Shown here: positions 8,444 to 16,336 of the stretch, one piece after another
How positions within the stretch are numbered: the stretch's first letter is position 1
Layout of the letters: every line of letters starts with the position of its first letter
NCBI GenBank assembly: GCA_043771685.1
Contig: JAYVGX010000032.1
Coordinates: 1 to 49,565 of the forward strand
Source: Minisyncoccota bacterium
GTDB taxonomy: Bacteria > Patescibacteriota > Minisyncoccia > Phycocordibacterales > UBA9973
Reading direction: 5' to 3'
Length of the DNA stretch: 49,565 bases
The notes under the pieces: generated by a model
The model's input: the letters and a program-made list of their open reading frames with translations, nothing else
What the model was told of the DNA's origin: nothing
Database searches by the model: none
Position numbers and translations under genes: made by a program

Positions 8444-9424
8444 ATGGAAACAATTACCATAAAATGTGATAGATGTACTCAAGATCATTCATATAATATT
8501 TCTCAAAAAGATTTAGAGAGTGGGATGACTTTAAATATCGCATGTTTTAATATAAAAAGACTTCCCAAAATAACTAGTACTCGTATTGATTTTAGAAAGA
8601 ACGCACTAAGTTCAACCAAGGAAAATATAGATAGAATTTCTTATTCTCACGGCTCACAAAATGCTGATGAGAAAATAAAGCGCATGAATGAGGTGAACGA
8701 ACCGCGCATGTGGCTCATTTACGATTTCGATCAATATTTTGAAGAAATAATCAATACCTATATCATAGGGTCTTTTTATCCTACTGCAACCTCGTGTACA
8801 ACTCTTGCAGAAAGATTGGTAAATTTATTTATACTCAAGTTGAGAGATTTGTACGATAAATCAATCCTAGAAAATGACATGCAAAAATATGTGTATACTC
8901 GAGATCAAAGCTGGCAATCATATGATTCAAACATGAAAGTCTTGAAAGCATGGGGGTTGCTCACTGATACCCAAAAAGAGCTGTTCAAGGGCTTACGAGA
9001 TATACGAAATCGAGCTGTGCATTTTCATAATGAATTCGATGCAAAATCAGATGCTCTCACTGCTATAAAAACCCTACATAAGATACTTGATAGTTATTTC
9101 AGTACCTTTGTAAGGAAAGATGTTCTACGAGTATTTGAAATCCCCGGCGAGATATGGGTCAGAGAGGACAAGATTGATAATCCTTTTGTTAAAGTTTTTG
9201 TCTTGCCGTGCTCAAGCATGTTCGCTTCTTGTGGTGCTTATAATACAGAAAATATCTACCATGAGAATTCTGGTCTAATTGGTATTTTTGCCGAAGATGA
9301 GTTTATTAAACAGCGATTGGAATACAGTGATGGGCTCAAAGAAAATAGACCGGATTTGGAATACAAACCTGAATATAAAACTTTTGATTGGCAAAATATG
9401 GAAGTAAAATATCGAATTATTTAG
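8444..9424 (+). CDS. Hypothetical protein with a central HEPN-like (DUF4145-like) domain
   Basis: Helical segment YIIGSFYPTATSCTTLAERLVNLFILKL, followed by LKAWGLLTDTQKELFKGLRDIRNRAVHF. The latter contains R-x4-H (RNRAVH), the HEPN RNase signature. Confidence 0.5.
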   Translation: METITIKCDRCTQDHSYNISQKDLESGMTLNIACFNIKRLPKITSTRIDFRKNALSSTKENIDRISYSHGSQNADEKIKRMNEVNEPRMWLIYDFDQYFEEIINTYIIGSFYPTATSCTTLAERLVNLFILKLRDLYDKSILENDMQKYVYTRDQSWQSYDSNMKVLKAWGLLTDTQKELFKGLRDIRNRAVHFHNEFDAKSDALTAIKTLHKILDSYFSTFVRKDVLRVFEIPGEIWVREDKIDNPFVKVFVLPCSSMFASCGAYNTENIYHENSGLIGIFAEDEFIKQRLEYSDGLKENRPDLEYKPEYKTFDWQNMEVKYRII

Positions 9425-9460
9425 CTGGATAAAATAGTTGAAAAATGATAAATTATATAT

Positions 9461-11824
9461 ATGAAATTTGAACAACCTCCCAAAATTGAAACGGAAAGAC
9501 AAGAGCCTTCTGTTGAACAGGTCTCTTTTTCTGATCAAGAAAATAATATTAGTGAAGTGTTCAAACTTTGTCCAGAATTGGAAAGCATCGCTCTTGAAGG
9601 CGTTGGCATTGATGAATCTCTTGCAAATAAAATAGTCCGTTTATACAGAATCGAAAACAGAAACAAGAAAGTAGAGAAAAGCAAAGAAGGTGGAAATAAT
9701 GATAAATACATTGGCCAATGGTTTACTACCGATTTATCCTATGCGATTGATTACATTGAGAATACCTACAACAAAAATGAGTCAGGGATAAATTATGATG
9801 ACACTGTATTGCACTATACAGAGCTACCCGTAAAAGAAGCCTCTAAGTATCTAGTCTCAAAAGAAACAATCACAAGTGAAAAACTTGAAGCAGAGCCAGA
9901 TAATTTTCATATAGAGGATCGTTCAAATCTACAAACACTAGAGCTTGCGGATTTATTACATACTTTTAAGAAAGGTGGTATTATCCGAACAAAATTTGGT
10001 TTTGATAAAAAACATATTGAGCCACTTATTCTCGATCAAATCTCTGAGTTAGTACCAGCCGATGGAACATTTGATGATGTTGTAGCTTTTGACGAAAAAA
10101 GAAAAGAAGCTATTGAAGAATATGGAAAATATCTGGAAACTATATTTCCAGAAAGCAAGCTCAAAGAAATTGTATACCACGGTACGAATAGAAAATTTGA
10201 TAAATTTGAAAGACGTCACGGTTTAGATGACCTATCAGGTATCGAAGGTGTTGATGATTACTATTTCACAGACAGTAAAGAGCTTGCTCGATCCTTCGCA
10301 GAGAAATACAAAAAAGTATTGTATGCTATTTTCAAAAGCCACGAAAGTGGTAACGTTGACTGGTATTTTAAAAGGCAAGATACTGCGGGTGATTTTTCTG
10401 AATTTCAAGATTCAACAAAAGAGCTCTGGGAAGATATTCACAAGGAATGGAACTATATAGTTACCGAATCACATAAAAGTAGAGCGCTAGATGACATATT
10501 GCAAGATACTAACATTCAGTATTTTAGCAACAAGGAAGGATTCGGATTTAAGTTTGGAAAGATGCTGATGCCATATTATTTGATGAATGATTATGACTCA
10601 TACAAAGAGTATCCCAATGGAACAGTAATACCTGTCATATTGGATTTAAAAAAACCATACATCAAAGAAGGCGATAGAAATTCTATGGATGGTATCTTGT
10701 CTGAAGCAGGTTATAGGCACAAAAAAGAAGACAGTGAGATTGATGGCGGAATACAGCAAGATTCCAGTGAGAAAAACATTGTGGTTTTTAATCCAGAACA
10801 AATTCACGTTCTTGGTTCAGAATTTGATGTTGAAAAATTCAAAGAATTTGTTAGTAAAAATGAGTCCAAAAAAGACAGACAAAGTATTGAGGGGTTCTTG
10901 AAAGAAAACGGTATTGAAAAAGTTCCTCACATTAAAACCAATTTCTTCTTTAATCAACACGCAACTGCCGAAGACGGTCAAATGGTTGCGGATAGGTTGA
11001 AAGACAAAGATATATTTATTCAAGAAAATGCAGGCTGGGATGATGAGAGACTTTTGACTTGGCAAAAAGTAACGAGTGGTGAGTTTACCGCCGATCAAGC
11101 TATTGAACACGAAAAAGCACGTGGTAAAGCATTCTTTTGGACTGAGTACTACAAATCTATTTTTGAAAATATACACGGAACAAATAAAGAGGTGTTGCTC
11201 GTTGATATAAAAGATGATAGTGAATTATACAAAGAAATTTATGACCTGATGAAAACTGATGGCGTGTACTGGAATATACTCGATAGATCAAAAACCTACG
11301 ATGAAGTCATAGAACATATAGGCGATGCTTCACAATTAGAGTCACTTAGCCAAGAGGAACGAGAAAATGAGATATTGAAAAATACGAAACAGAATTTGCT
11401 TGAACTTCTCAAAAATAAACCTGAATTGCAAGACAAAGAAGAGTTGAATGTATTGTTCTCAATGGGATCATTCCATACACGGCTCTATCACGAGATGAAA
11501 AAAGATGGGAACGATGTTACTCGTGAGCATCAATCTATGCCCTATACGTTTTCGCCCCGAATGGAAGTAGAACGATTAGTGCATTTCAAAGGTAGAGAAG
11601 TGGCGGAATCATCTATGCCAAAAGTCCTTTTGTATTTACTACTTGGTAAAACTGGCGTTTTTCGACTCGACCAAATGAAGCACGAACAACAACATATTGT
11701 TATGAAGAAATTTAATACAGATGCTCAAATCAGAGAATTGTACGAAAGATACCAAAAATCTGAATCTGATGAGCAGTTTAGAAAAAAAATAAATGGCTGG
11801 ATAGCTGAACAGTACAGGAAGTAA
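9461..11824 (+). CDS. Large (787 aa) hypothetical protein with two tandem ART-like modules and an uncharacterised C-terminal half
   Basis: Module 1 is LYRIENRN...GQWFTTDLSYAIDY. Module 2 is VYHGTNRKFDKFE...DYYFTDSKELARSFAE...NIVVFNPEQIHVLG. The H/R...[FY]FT[TD]...A..[FY]A...E-like pattern recalls ADP-ribosyltransferase-fold modules of phage/conjugative polyvalent proteins. Confidence 0.55.
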   Translation: MKFEQPPKIETERQEPSVEQVSFSDQENNISEVFKLCPELESIALEGVGIDESLANKIVRLYRIENRNKKVEKSKEGGNNDKYIGQWFTTDLSYAIDYIENTYNKNESGINYDDTVLHYTELPVKEASKYLVSKETITSEKLEAEPDNFHIEDRSNLQTLELADLLHTFKKGGIIRTKFGFDKKHIEPLILDQISELVPADGTFDDVVAFDEKRKEAIEEYGKYLETIFPESKLKEIVYHGTNRKFDKFERRHGLDDLSGIEGVDDYYFTDSKELARSFAEKYKKVLYAIFKSHESGNVDWYFKRQDTAGDFSEFQDSTKELWEDIHKEWNYIVTESHKSRALDDILQDTNIQYFSNKEGFGFKFGKMLMPYYLMNDYDSYKEYPNGTVIPVILDLKKPYIKEGDRNSMDGILSEAGYRHKKEDSEIDGGIQQDSSEKNIVVFNPEQIHVLGSEFDVEKFKEFVSKNESKKDRQSIEGFLKENGIEKVPHIKTNFFFNQHATAEDGQMVADRLKDKDIFIQENAGWDDERLLTWQKVTSGEFTADQAIEHEKARGKAFFWTEYYKSIFENIHGTNKEVLLVDIKDDSELYKEIYDLMKTDGVYWNILDRSKTYDEVIEHIGDASQLESLSQEERENEILKNTKQNLLELLKNKPELQDKEELNVLFSMGSFHTRLYHEMKKDGNDVTREHQSMPYTFSPRMEVERLVHFKGREVAESSMPKVLLYLLLGKTGVFRLDQMKHEQQHIVMKKFNTDAQIRELYERYQKSESDEQFRKKINGWIAEQYRK

Positions 11825-11825
11825 G

Positions 11826-12107
11826 CTACTTCATACCACTCATACCCTTGAACGATTCGATCTCCATACAAATCTGCGTATGGAGATCTTTTGTTATTTC
11901 CTCATTTTTGAATTCAACTCGATTCTTCCAATTATCGACAGCAAGAAATAATCGCCAATGCGATCCTCGGAAATCATAGAGAGCGATCAGCGTGAACGAT
12001 CCGTCTAGCTTTTCGTGATACCACAAAGTGGTCTTGTCACCATCCCAAACATGCGCGTTTTTGCGCAGCATTTCAAATGGATCAAACTGATAATCATTTT
12101 CAATCAT
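11826..12107 (-). CDS. Small hypothetical protein (93 aa), convergent with the 787-aa gene
   Basis: ATG-initiated ORF. Its stop codon lies 1 nt from the stop of 9461..11824, and no hairpin separates them. Confidence 0.45.
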   Translation of the reverse strand: MIENDYQFDPFEMLRKNAHVWDGDKTTLWYHEKLDGSFTLIALYDFRGSHWRLFLAVDNWKNRVEFKNEEITKDLHTQICMEIESFKGMSGMK

Positions 12108-12205
12108 AGGTGTGTATGTTTTAGCATACTTTTTGAAATTGTCGTAATAATTGGGGTAGGGGATAGTGTGGGAGTTTGTCCCCTTTTATGCTTATAAATA
12201 TAGAC

Positions 12206-12234
12206 TTGCATTATTTATAATGTGGGAGTATAAT
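12206..12234 (+). promoter_or_regulatory. Sigma70-like promoter upstream of the integrase (TTGCAT-17-TATAAT)
   Basis: TTGCAT at 12206-12211, 17-nt spacer, TATAAT at 12229-12234. The spacer contains one TGTGGGAGT copy. Confidence 0.45.
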
Positions 12235-12460
12235 CTAAAAACCTGATGAATCTCTTAACAGTGCCATGGCAGGGGACTCAGGAACAGGTAAAATATTATT
12301 AGAAATAAGCCTCTGTCCCTTGTCAGGGATAGCCCACAGCAGGCATTTGATTCATATCAAAGCCTTCTTTCGTTCCGATAGTGTGGGAGTTTACGATGTT
12401 GTTCTCGGAAAACATTTCAAGAACCCCTCAAACAGGCTTTTAATCATCAATAACAAATTT

Positions 12461-13393
12461 ATGCTACTTAGAGAAGCAATCGAAAAATACTTGCTATGGA
12501 AAGGTGCCGAGACTAGAACAGCAGCAAAAGTCTACCGACCATTTCTAGAGCATTTCTATGATTACGTAGGTAACAAAGATACTCTGCAAATAACCCTTGA
12601 AGAGATATCGGCATTCCGAGCATCGTTGAAGTTAAAATACAACGATGGCAACATAGCCAACCATAACAACGTAATCAAAAACTTTTACAAATGGCTGGAA
12701 GCAAACCGTATCACAACAGTGCATCCATTCTTGATCCGTAACCCAAGGTTCCAGCCACCAGAGCGCCCAGTAGCAACGCCTGAAGAAGTAGAGAAAATGT
12801 GTGCAACCCTTAACCCGAATTCCTACGGAGATTTGATGCGACTCGTCGCGATCAAGTTGATGTGGGAGTCAATGATCCGTGTTAGTGAGCTTATAGAGCT
12901 AAATATTGATGCAATTGATCCGCAAAAGAATTTTGTGGAAATAGTAGGGAAGAAGAATTATAAAAAAAGATGGATCATGTGGTCGCCTGATACCCATCAA
13001 CTCCTACTCACATACATTGCCAAAAGAAAAATGTTAGCTCCTCATGAAGCCTTGTTCGCGCATGAGAGCGCCGGGGTCACTCAGCGAATGGCAACTAGAA
13101 GTATTGAACGGTGGATGAAGGTTGCGCGAGAAAAAGCAAAACTCACCCAAGATATTTCTTGCCACGCGTTGCGACATGGCGGTGCTCATGAACTGGTCAA
13201 GAAAGGTGCGAGTCTTAAATTCCTCGGGCTTATACTCGGTCACTCGGATTCAAATCCACGAGCGGGGATGCAATATCTACGATTCAGCAAAGAAGAATCA
13301 CTCGATGTCGTAGAGAAATTTGTGGGACTAAGATTCGACAGATTAGCACCAGAGCCTTTTGTTAGAACATATAATAACTACAGCATTGCATAG
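12461..13393 (+). CDS. int: Tyrosine recombinase/integrase (XerC/D-like size)
   Basis: N-terminal SAM-like core-binding domain (LREAIEKYLLWKG...). Catalytic elements are MIRVSEL (Arg), CHALRHGGAH (HxxR), GHSD and MQYLR (Tyr). The 12266 start would add a non-protein-like 65-aa extension. Confidence 0.85.
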   Translation: MLLREAIEKYLLWKGAETRTAAKVYRPFLEHFYDYVGNKDTLQITLEEISAFRASLKLKYNDGNIANHNNVIKNFYKWLEANRITTVHPFLIRNPRFQPPERPVATPEEVEKMCATLNPNSYGDLMRLVAIKLMWESMIRVSELIELNIDAIDPQKNFVEIVGKKNYKKRWIMWSPDTHQLLLTYIAKRKMLAPHEALFAHESAGVTQRMATRSIERWMKVAREKAKLTQDISCHALRHGGAHELVKKGASLKFLGLILGHSDSNPRAGMQYLRFSKEESLDVVEKFVGLRFDRLAPEPFVRTYNNYSIA

Positions 13394-13434
13394 TATGATT
13401 TGTAAATGTGGGAGTTTTGTGATAAATTGTATTA

Positions 13435-13650
13435 ATGAAAAGTACGAGCATTACGAAACCAAAGGGTGGTCGTGGCAAAGTCGAGATCCTACGAAATAAA
13501 GCCATTGTGACCCTATATGAGACCGATCCAAAGAGCTACAACACTAACACGTTGGGGAAGTTATTCAGCCGCGACAGGAAGACTATTCAGGGCATTATAG
13601 AGAGATTTGCACCTTCAAAGCAGAATACAGCCGAAATGAGCCGGTCCTAG
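13435..13650 (+). CDS. Small HTH protein (possible excisionase/regulator)
   Basis: NTNTLGKLFSRDRKTIQGIIERF is helix-turn-helix-like. It lies immediately downstream of int and is preceded by a TGTGGGAGT copy. Confidence 0.5.
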   Translation: MKSTSITKPKGGRGKVEILRNKAIVTLYETDPKSYNTNTLGKLFSRDRKTIQGIIERFAPSKQNTAEMSRS

Positions 13651-13687
13651 GATATCCACTCATTTGGCAAAAAGTGCGGCGTAACGC

Positions 13688-13716
13688 TTGCTATATAAAC
13701 CTAATTGATTTAAAAT
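13688..13716 (+). promoter_or_regulatory. Candidate outward-facing promoter at the island's right end (TTGCTA-17-TAAAAT)
   Basis: TTGCTA at 13688-13693, 17-nt spacer, TAAAAT at 13711-13716. No ORF follows before the 13825 repeat. Confidence 0.3.
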
Positions 13717-13862
13717 GTTTGTAGAACCTTGAAAATCAAATCTTCCACGAAACGATTCGGGTGTGTAGGGAAGAAGACTAGTGTAGTTATAAGCCGCTTA
13801 ATGCGGATTTAAAAACAAGACACAGTGTCGCACAATATATCTTTACGACACTCGTATAATAA

Positions 13863-13896
13863 AAATAAACCCAAAGTAAAATACAATGGGTTATTT
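13863..13896 (-). terminator. Intrinsic terminator for the minus-strand gene ending at 13955
   Basis: AAATAAACCCA / TGGGTTATTT stem with one bulge. A T-run follows on the minus strand. Confidence 0.45.
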
Positions 13897-13954
13897 GACT
13901 ACGTGCTTGTATAAGCATCGTCTAGCTTGGTTGTTCAACAATATTTTAAAAGAA

Positions 13955-14212
13955 TTAAAAAGAAACCATTTCTTCCTTCCTTCCTTTTTTTCGTTCTCTT
14001 ATTTCTTTTCTTTTTTCTTCTTCAGTTCTAGAAACTACATTTTTTCCATTTATAATTTCTTGTTTAATAGATTTGGGTTTAGAAATTATTTTAACTTCTG
14101 ATTTACTAGCATCAACAACTTGCTTCACTGTCATTTTTGATGATTCAGTTGGTAAATGCCTTCTGCTATTTTTACCTTTTTTTGAATTTCCAGGGTTTTT
14201 TGATCTACACAT
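13955..14212 (-). CDS. Lys/Arg/Ser-rich small hypothetical protein
   Basis: ATG start and a downstream terminator. Composition is low-complexity and basic; the overlapping + strand ORF (13886..14101) is the less plausible of the two. Confidence 0.35.
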   Translation of the reverse strand: MCRSKNPGNSKKGKNSRRHLPTESSKMTVKQVVDASKSEVKIISKPKSIKQEIINGKNVVSRTEEEKRKEIRERKKGRKEEMVSF

Positions 14213-14410
14213 GTTTTTTATTTTTTAAAGGATTAAAATACACATATTTACTTAATGTAAACATGTAAATAAATTATTTATTTACTTAAAAATAACAATT
14301 TTTTAGATAAAAGTCAATGAAATTTATAAACACCTCTGTTCCCTATTATTATTGACTATTTTATAAAAAAATGTTTAAATTATTAAAAATTATTTTACAC
14401 CTAAATAAAC

Positions 14411-14803
14411 ATGGACATGCAAGAAATAGTAACCCGAGTAGCTTTTTGTAAGAAATGTTTTAAGAATGGTTCTCCAAAAAAAGGACAAAAAATAATGGTC
14501 CATGGATCTTCATCAAATTTATTTAAAATGATAGAAGCTTCAGATTACGGATATCCTGGTTTTACTCCCCATACTTTTGAAATTGTGAAATATTTAAGGG
14601 ACGAAAAACTCCTAGTTTCAAGTATTTGTGGAATTGAGGGGTGCGGTTCCTATTTTGTTTATGAGGTTATTAATCATAGACAACGTCATAGTTTTTTAAA
14701 ATTTATTGAAGAAAATTTAGAATTTGAAACTTTTACTTCAGAAAGGTGGAGTGCATTAATGTATTTATCTGAACATGACTTTGCGGAAATTTATAAAGTT
14801 TAA
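14411..14803 (+). CDS. Hypothetical protein with CxxC...CxxxxC cysteines
   Basis: CKKC at about aa 13-16 and CGIEGC at about aa 73-78. A strong terminator follows. Confidence 0.5.
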   Translation: MDMQEIVTRVAFCKKCFKNGSPKKGQKIMVHGSSSNLFKMIEASDYGYPGFTPHTFEIVKYLRDEKLLVSSICGIEGCGSYFVYEVINHRQRHSFLKFIEENLEFETFTSERWSALMYLSEHDFAEIYKV

Positions 14804-14810
14804 AAAACAA

Positions 14811-14843
14811 ATAGCCTATTACTTTTATAAGTAATAGGCTATT
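14811..14843. terminator. Bidirectional terminator hairpin
   Basis: ATAGCCTATTACTT-ttat-AAGTAATAGGCTAT, lying between convergent genes. Confidence 0.65.
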
Positions 14844-14856
14844 TATATTTTAGAAT

Positions 14857-16188
14857 TTAGCCTTGAACAAAAGTTAAAGCGATACCTTTTTTACTTGCAC
14901 GACCAGTACGGCCGATGCGGTGTACATAAGTATCGTATGTTTGAGGAATCTCGTAGTTTATAACATGTGTTACATCAGGTATGTCGAGTCCACGCGCTGC
15001 TACATCGGTTGCTACCAGGACGTTTAGTGTATCGTCTTTGAAGCTCGACAAAGTACGTTGACGGTCATTGTGTCGTTTATCACCATGGATAGAACCAGCA
15101 CGGAAACCACGTCTCTTTAATTCAACTGACAGTTTCTCGACTAGATGTTTTGTTTCAGCAAAAATAAGAACTTTTTTGAAATCAAGCTTTTTAGATAAAA
15201 GCTCTTCTAAGACATCCATCTTATCCACACCACGTTCTATGCGAACTATATCTTGTTCAACATTTTTTGATGTGTCTTGAGTTTTTACCATAATACGAAC
15301 TGGATCTTGGGAGAATCTTTCAATTAATTTCTCAATCGGTTTAGGAAGTGTCGCAGAGAAAAATAATCCTTGTCTGTCTTTAGCTGTTTTTTCAAGTAAA
15401 TATGTTATATCATCGATAAAACCCATGTCCAACATTCTGTCAGCTTCATCTAGTACAACAGATCGTGTATCAGATAAATCAATCTCGCCTTTTTTAACTA
15501 AATCCAAAAGTCTACCTGGAGTACCTATAACAAAGTTACATCCTTGGCGGAGTCTCTTTATTTGAGGAAAAATAGGTGCACCTCCGACACAAACTACAGC
15601 ATACATTTTCAATAAACGAGCAAAGTCGTTGAATTCTTTTTCAATTTGAATCGCTAGTTCACGTGTCGGAGCTATAATGATAACAGTTTCGTTTCTATCA
15701 TTTATAACTTTATTTATAAGAGGGATAAGAAATGCAGCTGTTTTACCAGTACCTGTATTGGCTATACCAAGTATGTCGCGACCTTCTAATGCACGTGGGA
15801 TGGCCTTGTCTTGAATCGGACTTGGGTAAATGTATTGTTTATTTGCAATAGCTTGTTTGAGCTTTTCGTCGATTTTAAAATCAGCAAAAGTATGAGTTGG
15901 TAAGTAGATCTCTTCTTTTTCTATAACAGTTGCGCGACTAATAAAACGTGATACATCTATGCGTTCAAATGAACCACCACGGCGATTACCACCTGAACGA
16001 TTACGATTGTTACCACCACTAAAACGTGCTGGTCCACGACTTCCTTGTCCAAAACTAGGACGAGAAGAACGTGAGCCTCCAGAAGAAGGTCTCGCTGAAG
16101 TAGAACTACGACGTGGTCCTGATTGTGTGGAAGATGCTCCACGTGAATAATTAGCTCCAGAGGAGCTTTTTGGTTTGTTGTTATACAT
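14857..16188 (-). CDS. DEAD-box ATP-dependent RNA helicase with an N-terminal Arg/Gly/Ser-rich extension
   Basis: Q-motif PSPIQ, AxTGTGKT, PTRELA, DEAD, SAT, ARGLDI and HRIGRTGRA. The first roughly 75 aa are RGG/RS low complexity. Confidence 0.93.
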   Translation of the reverse strand: MYNNKPKSSSGANYSRGASSTQSGPRRSSTSARPSSGGSRSSRPSFGQGSRGPARFSGGNNRNRSGGNRRGGSFERIDVSRFISRATVIEKEEIYLPTHTFADFKIDEKLKQAIANKQYIYPSPIQDKAIPRALEGRDILGIANTGTGKTAAFLIPLINKVINDRNETVIIIAPTRELAIQIEKEFNDFARLLKMYAVVCVGGAPIFPQIKRLRQGCNFVIGTPGRLLDLVKKGEIDLSDTRSVVLDEADRMLDMGFIDDITYLLEKTAKDRQGLFFSATLPKPIEKLIERFSQDPVRIMVKTQDTSKNVEQDIVRIERGVDKMDVLEELLSKKLDFKKVLIFAETKHLVEKLSVELKRRGFRAGSIHGDKRHNDRQRTLSSFKDDTLNVLVATDVAARGLDIPDVTHVINYEIPQTYDTYVHRIGRTGRASKKGIALTFVQG

Positions 16189-16290
16189 AATTTAATTTTC
16201 TTGCGTGTTTCAAAAATAAAATTGAAACGCTCATACACACAAAGAGTTTTTCAATATTTGTATATTAGCATTAGTAAAATAAAATGTCAA

Positions 16291-16333
16291 GTATACATAA
16301 AAAACGTACATGATGTACGTTTTTTATGTATAC
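16291..16333. terminator. Perfect 20-bp-arm palindrome (terminator-like)
   Basis: GTATACATAAAAAACGTACA-tga-TGTACGTTTTTTATGTATAC. Confidence 0.6.
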
Positions 16334-16336
16334 TTT

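Larger units (their letters stand above)
12162..13418 (+). promoter_or_regulatory. Five same-orientation copies of TGTGGGAGT around the integrase gene
   Basis: Copies at 12167-12175, 12221-12229, 12382-12390, 12861-12869 (inside int) and 13407-13415. Two copies extend to the identical 16-mer GATAGTGTGGGAGTTT (12162-12177, 12377-12392). Confidence 0.7.
2277..13837. mobile_element. Candidate integrated genomic island (tyrosine-integrase type), about 11.5 kb
   Basis: Identical 13-mer GTGTCGCACAATA at 2277-2289 and 13825-13837. Integrase and a small HTH gene sit at the right end. Composition looks more G+C-rich by eye than the flanks. The insertion lies between convergent host genes, and the cargo is accessory-type. 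Confidence 0.5.

Noticed and set aside
12243-12249. A CUGAUGA hammerhead-ribozyme core upstream of the integrase.
   Set aside because: No stem II can form between CUGAUGA and the nearest GAAA, so the rest of the hammerhead core is missing.
12266-12460. 65-aa N-terminal extension of the integrase (ORF-track start at 12266).
   Set aside because: The extension (MAGDSGTGKILLEISLCPLSGIAHSRHL...) has no integrase-like features and contains a TGTGGGAGT repeat copy. ATG 12461 gives a normal 310-aa recombinase.
13886-14101. Plus-strand 71-aa ORF rich in Phe/Ser.
   Set aside because: It is the mirror frame of the Lys/Glu-rich minus-strand ORF. The minus strand has the ATG and a downstream terminator, and the plus-strand ORF would run across that terminator.
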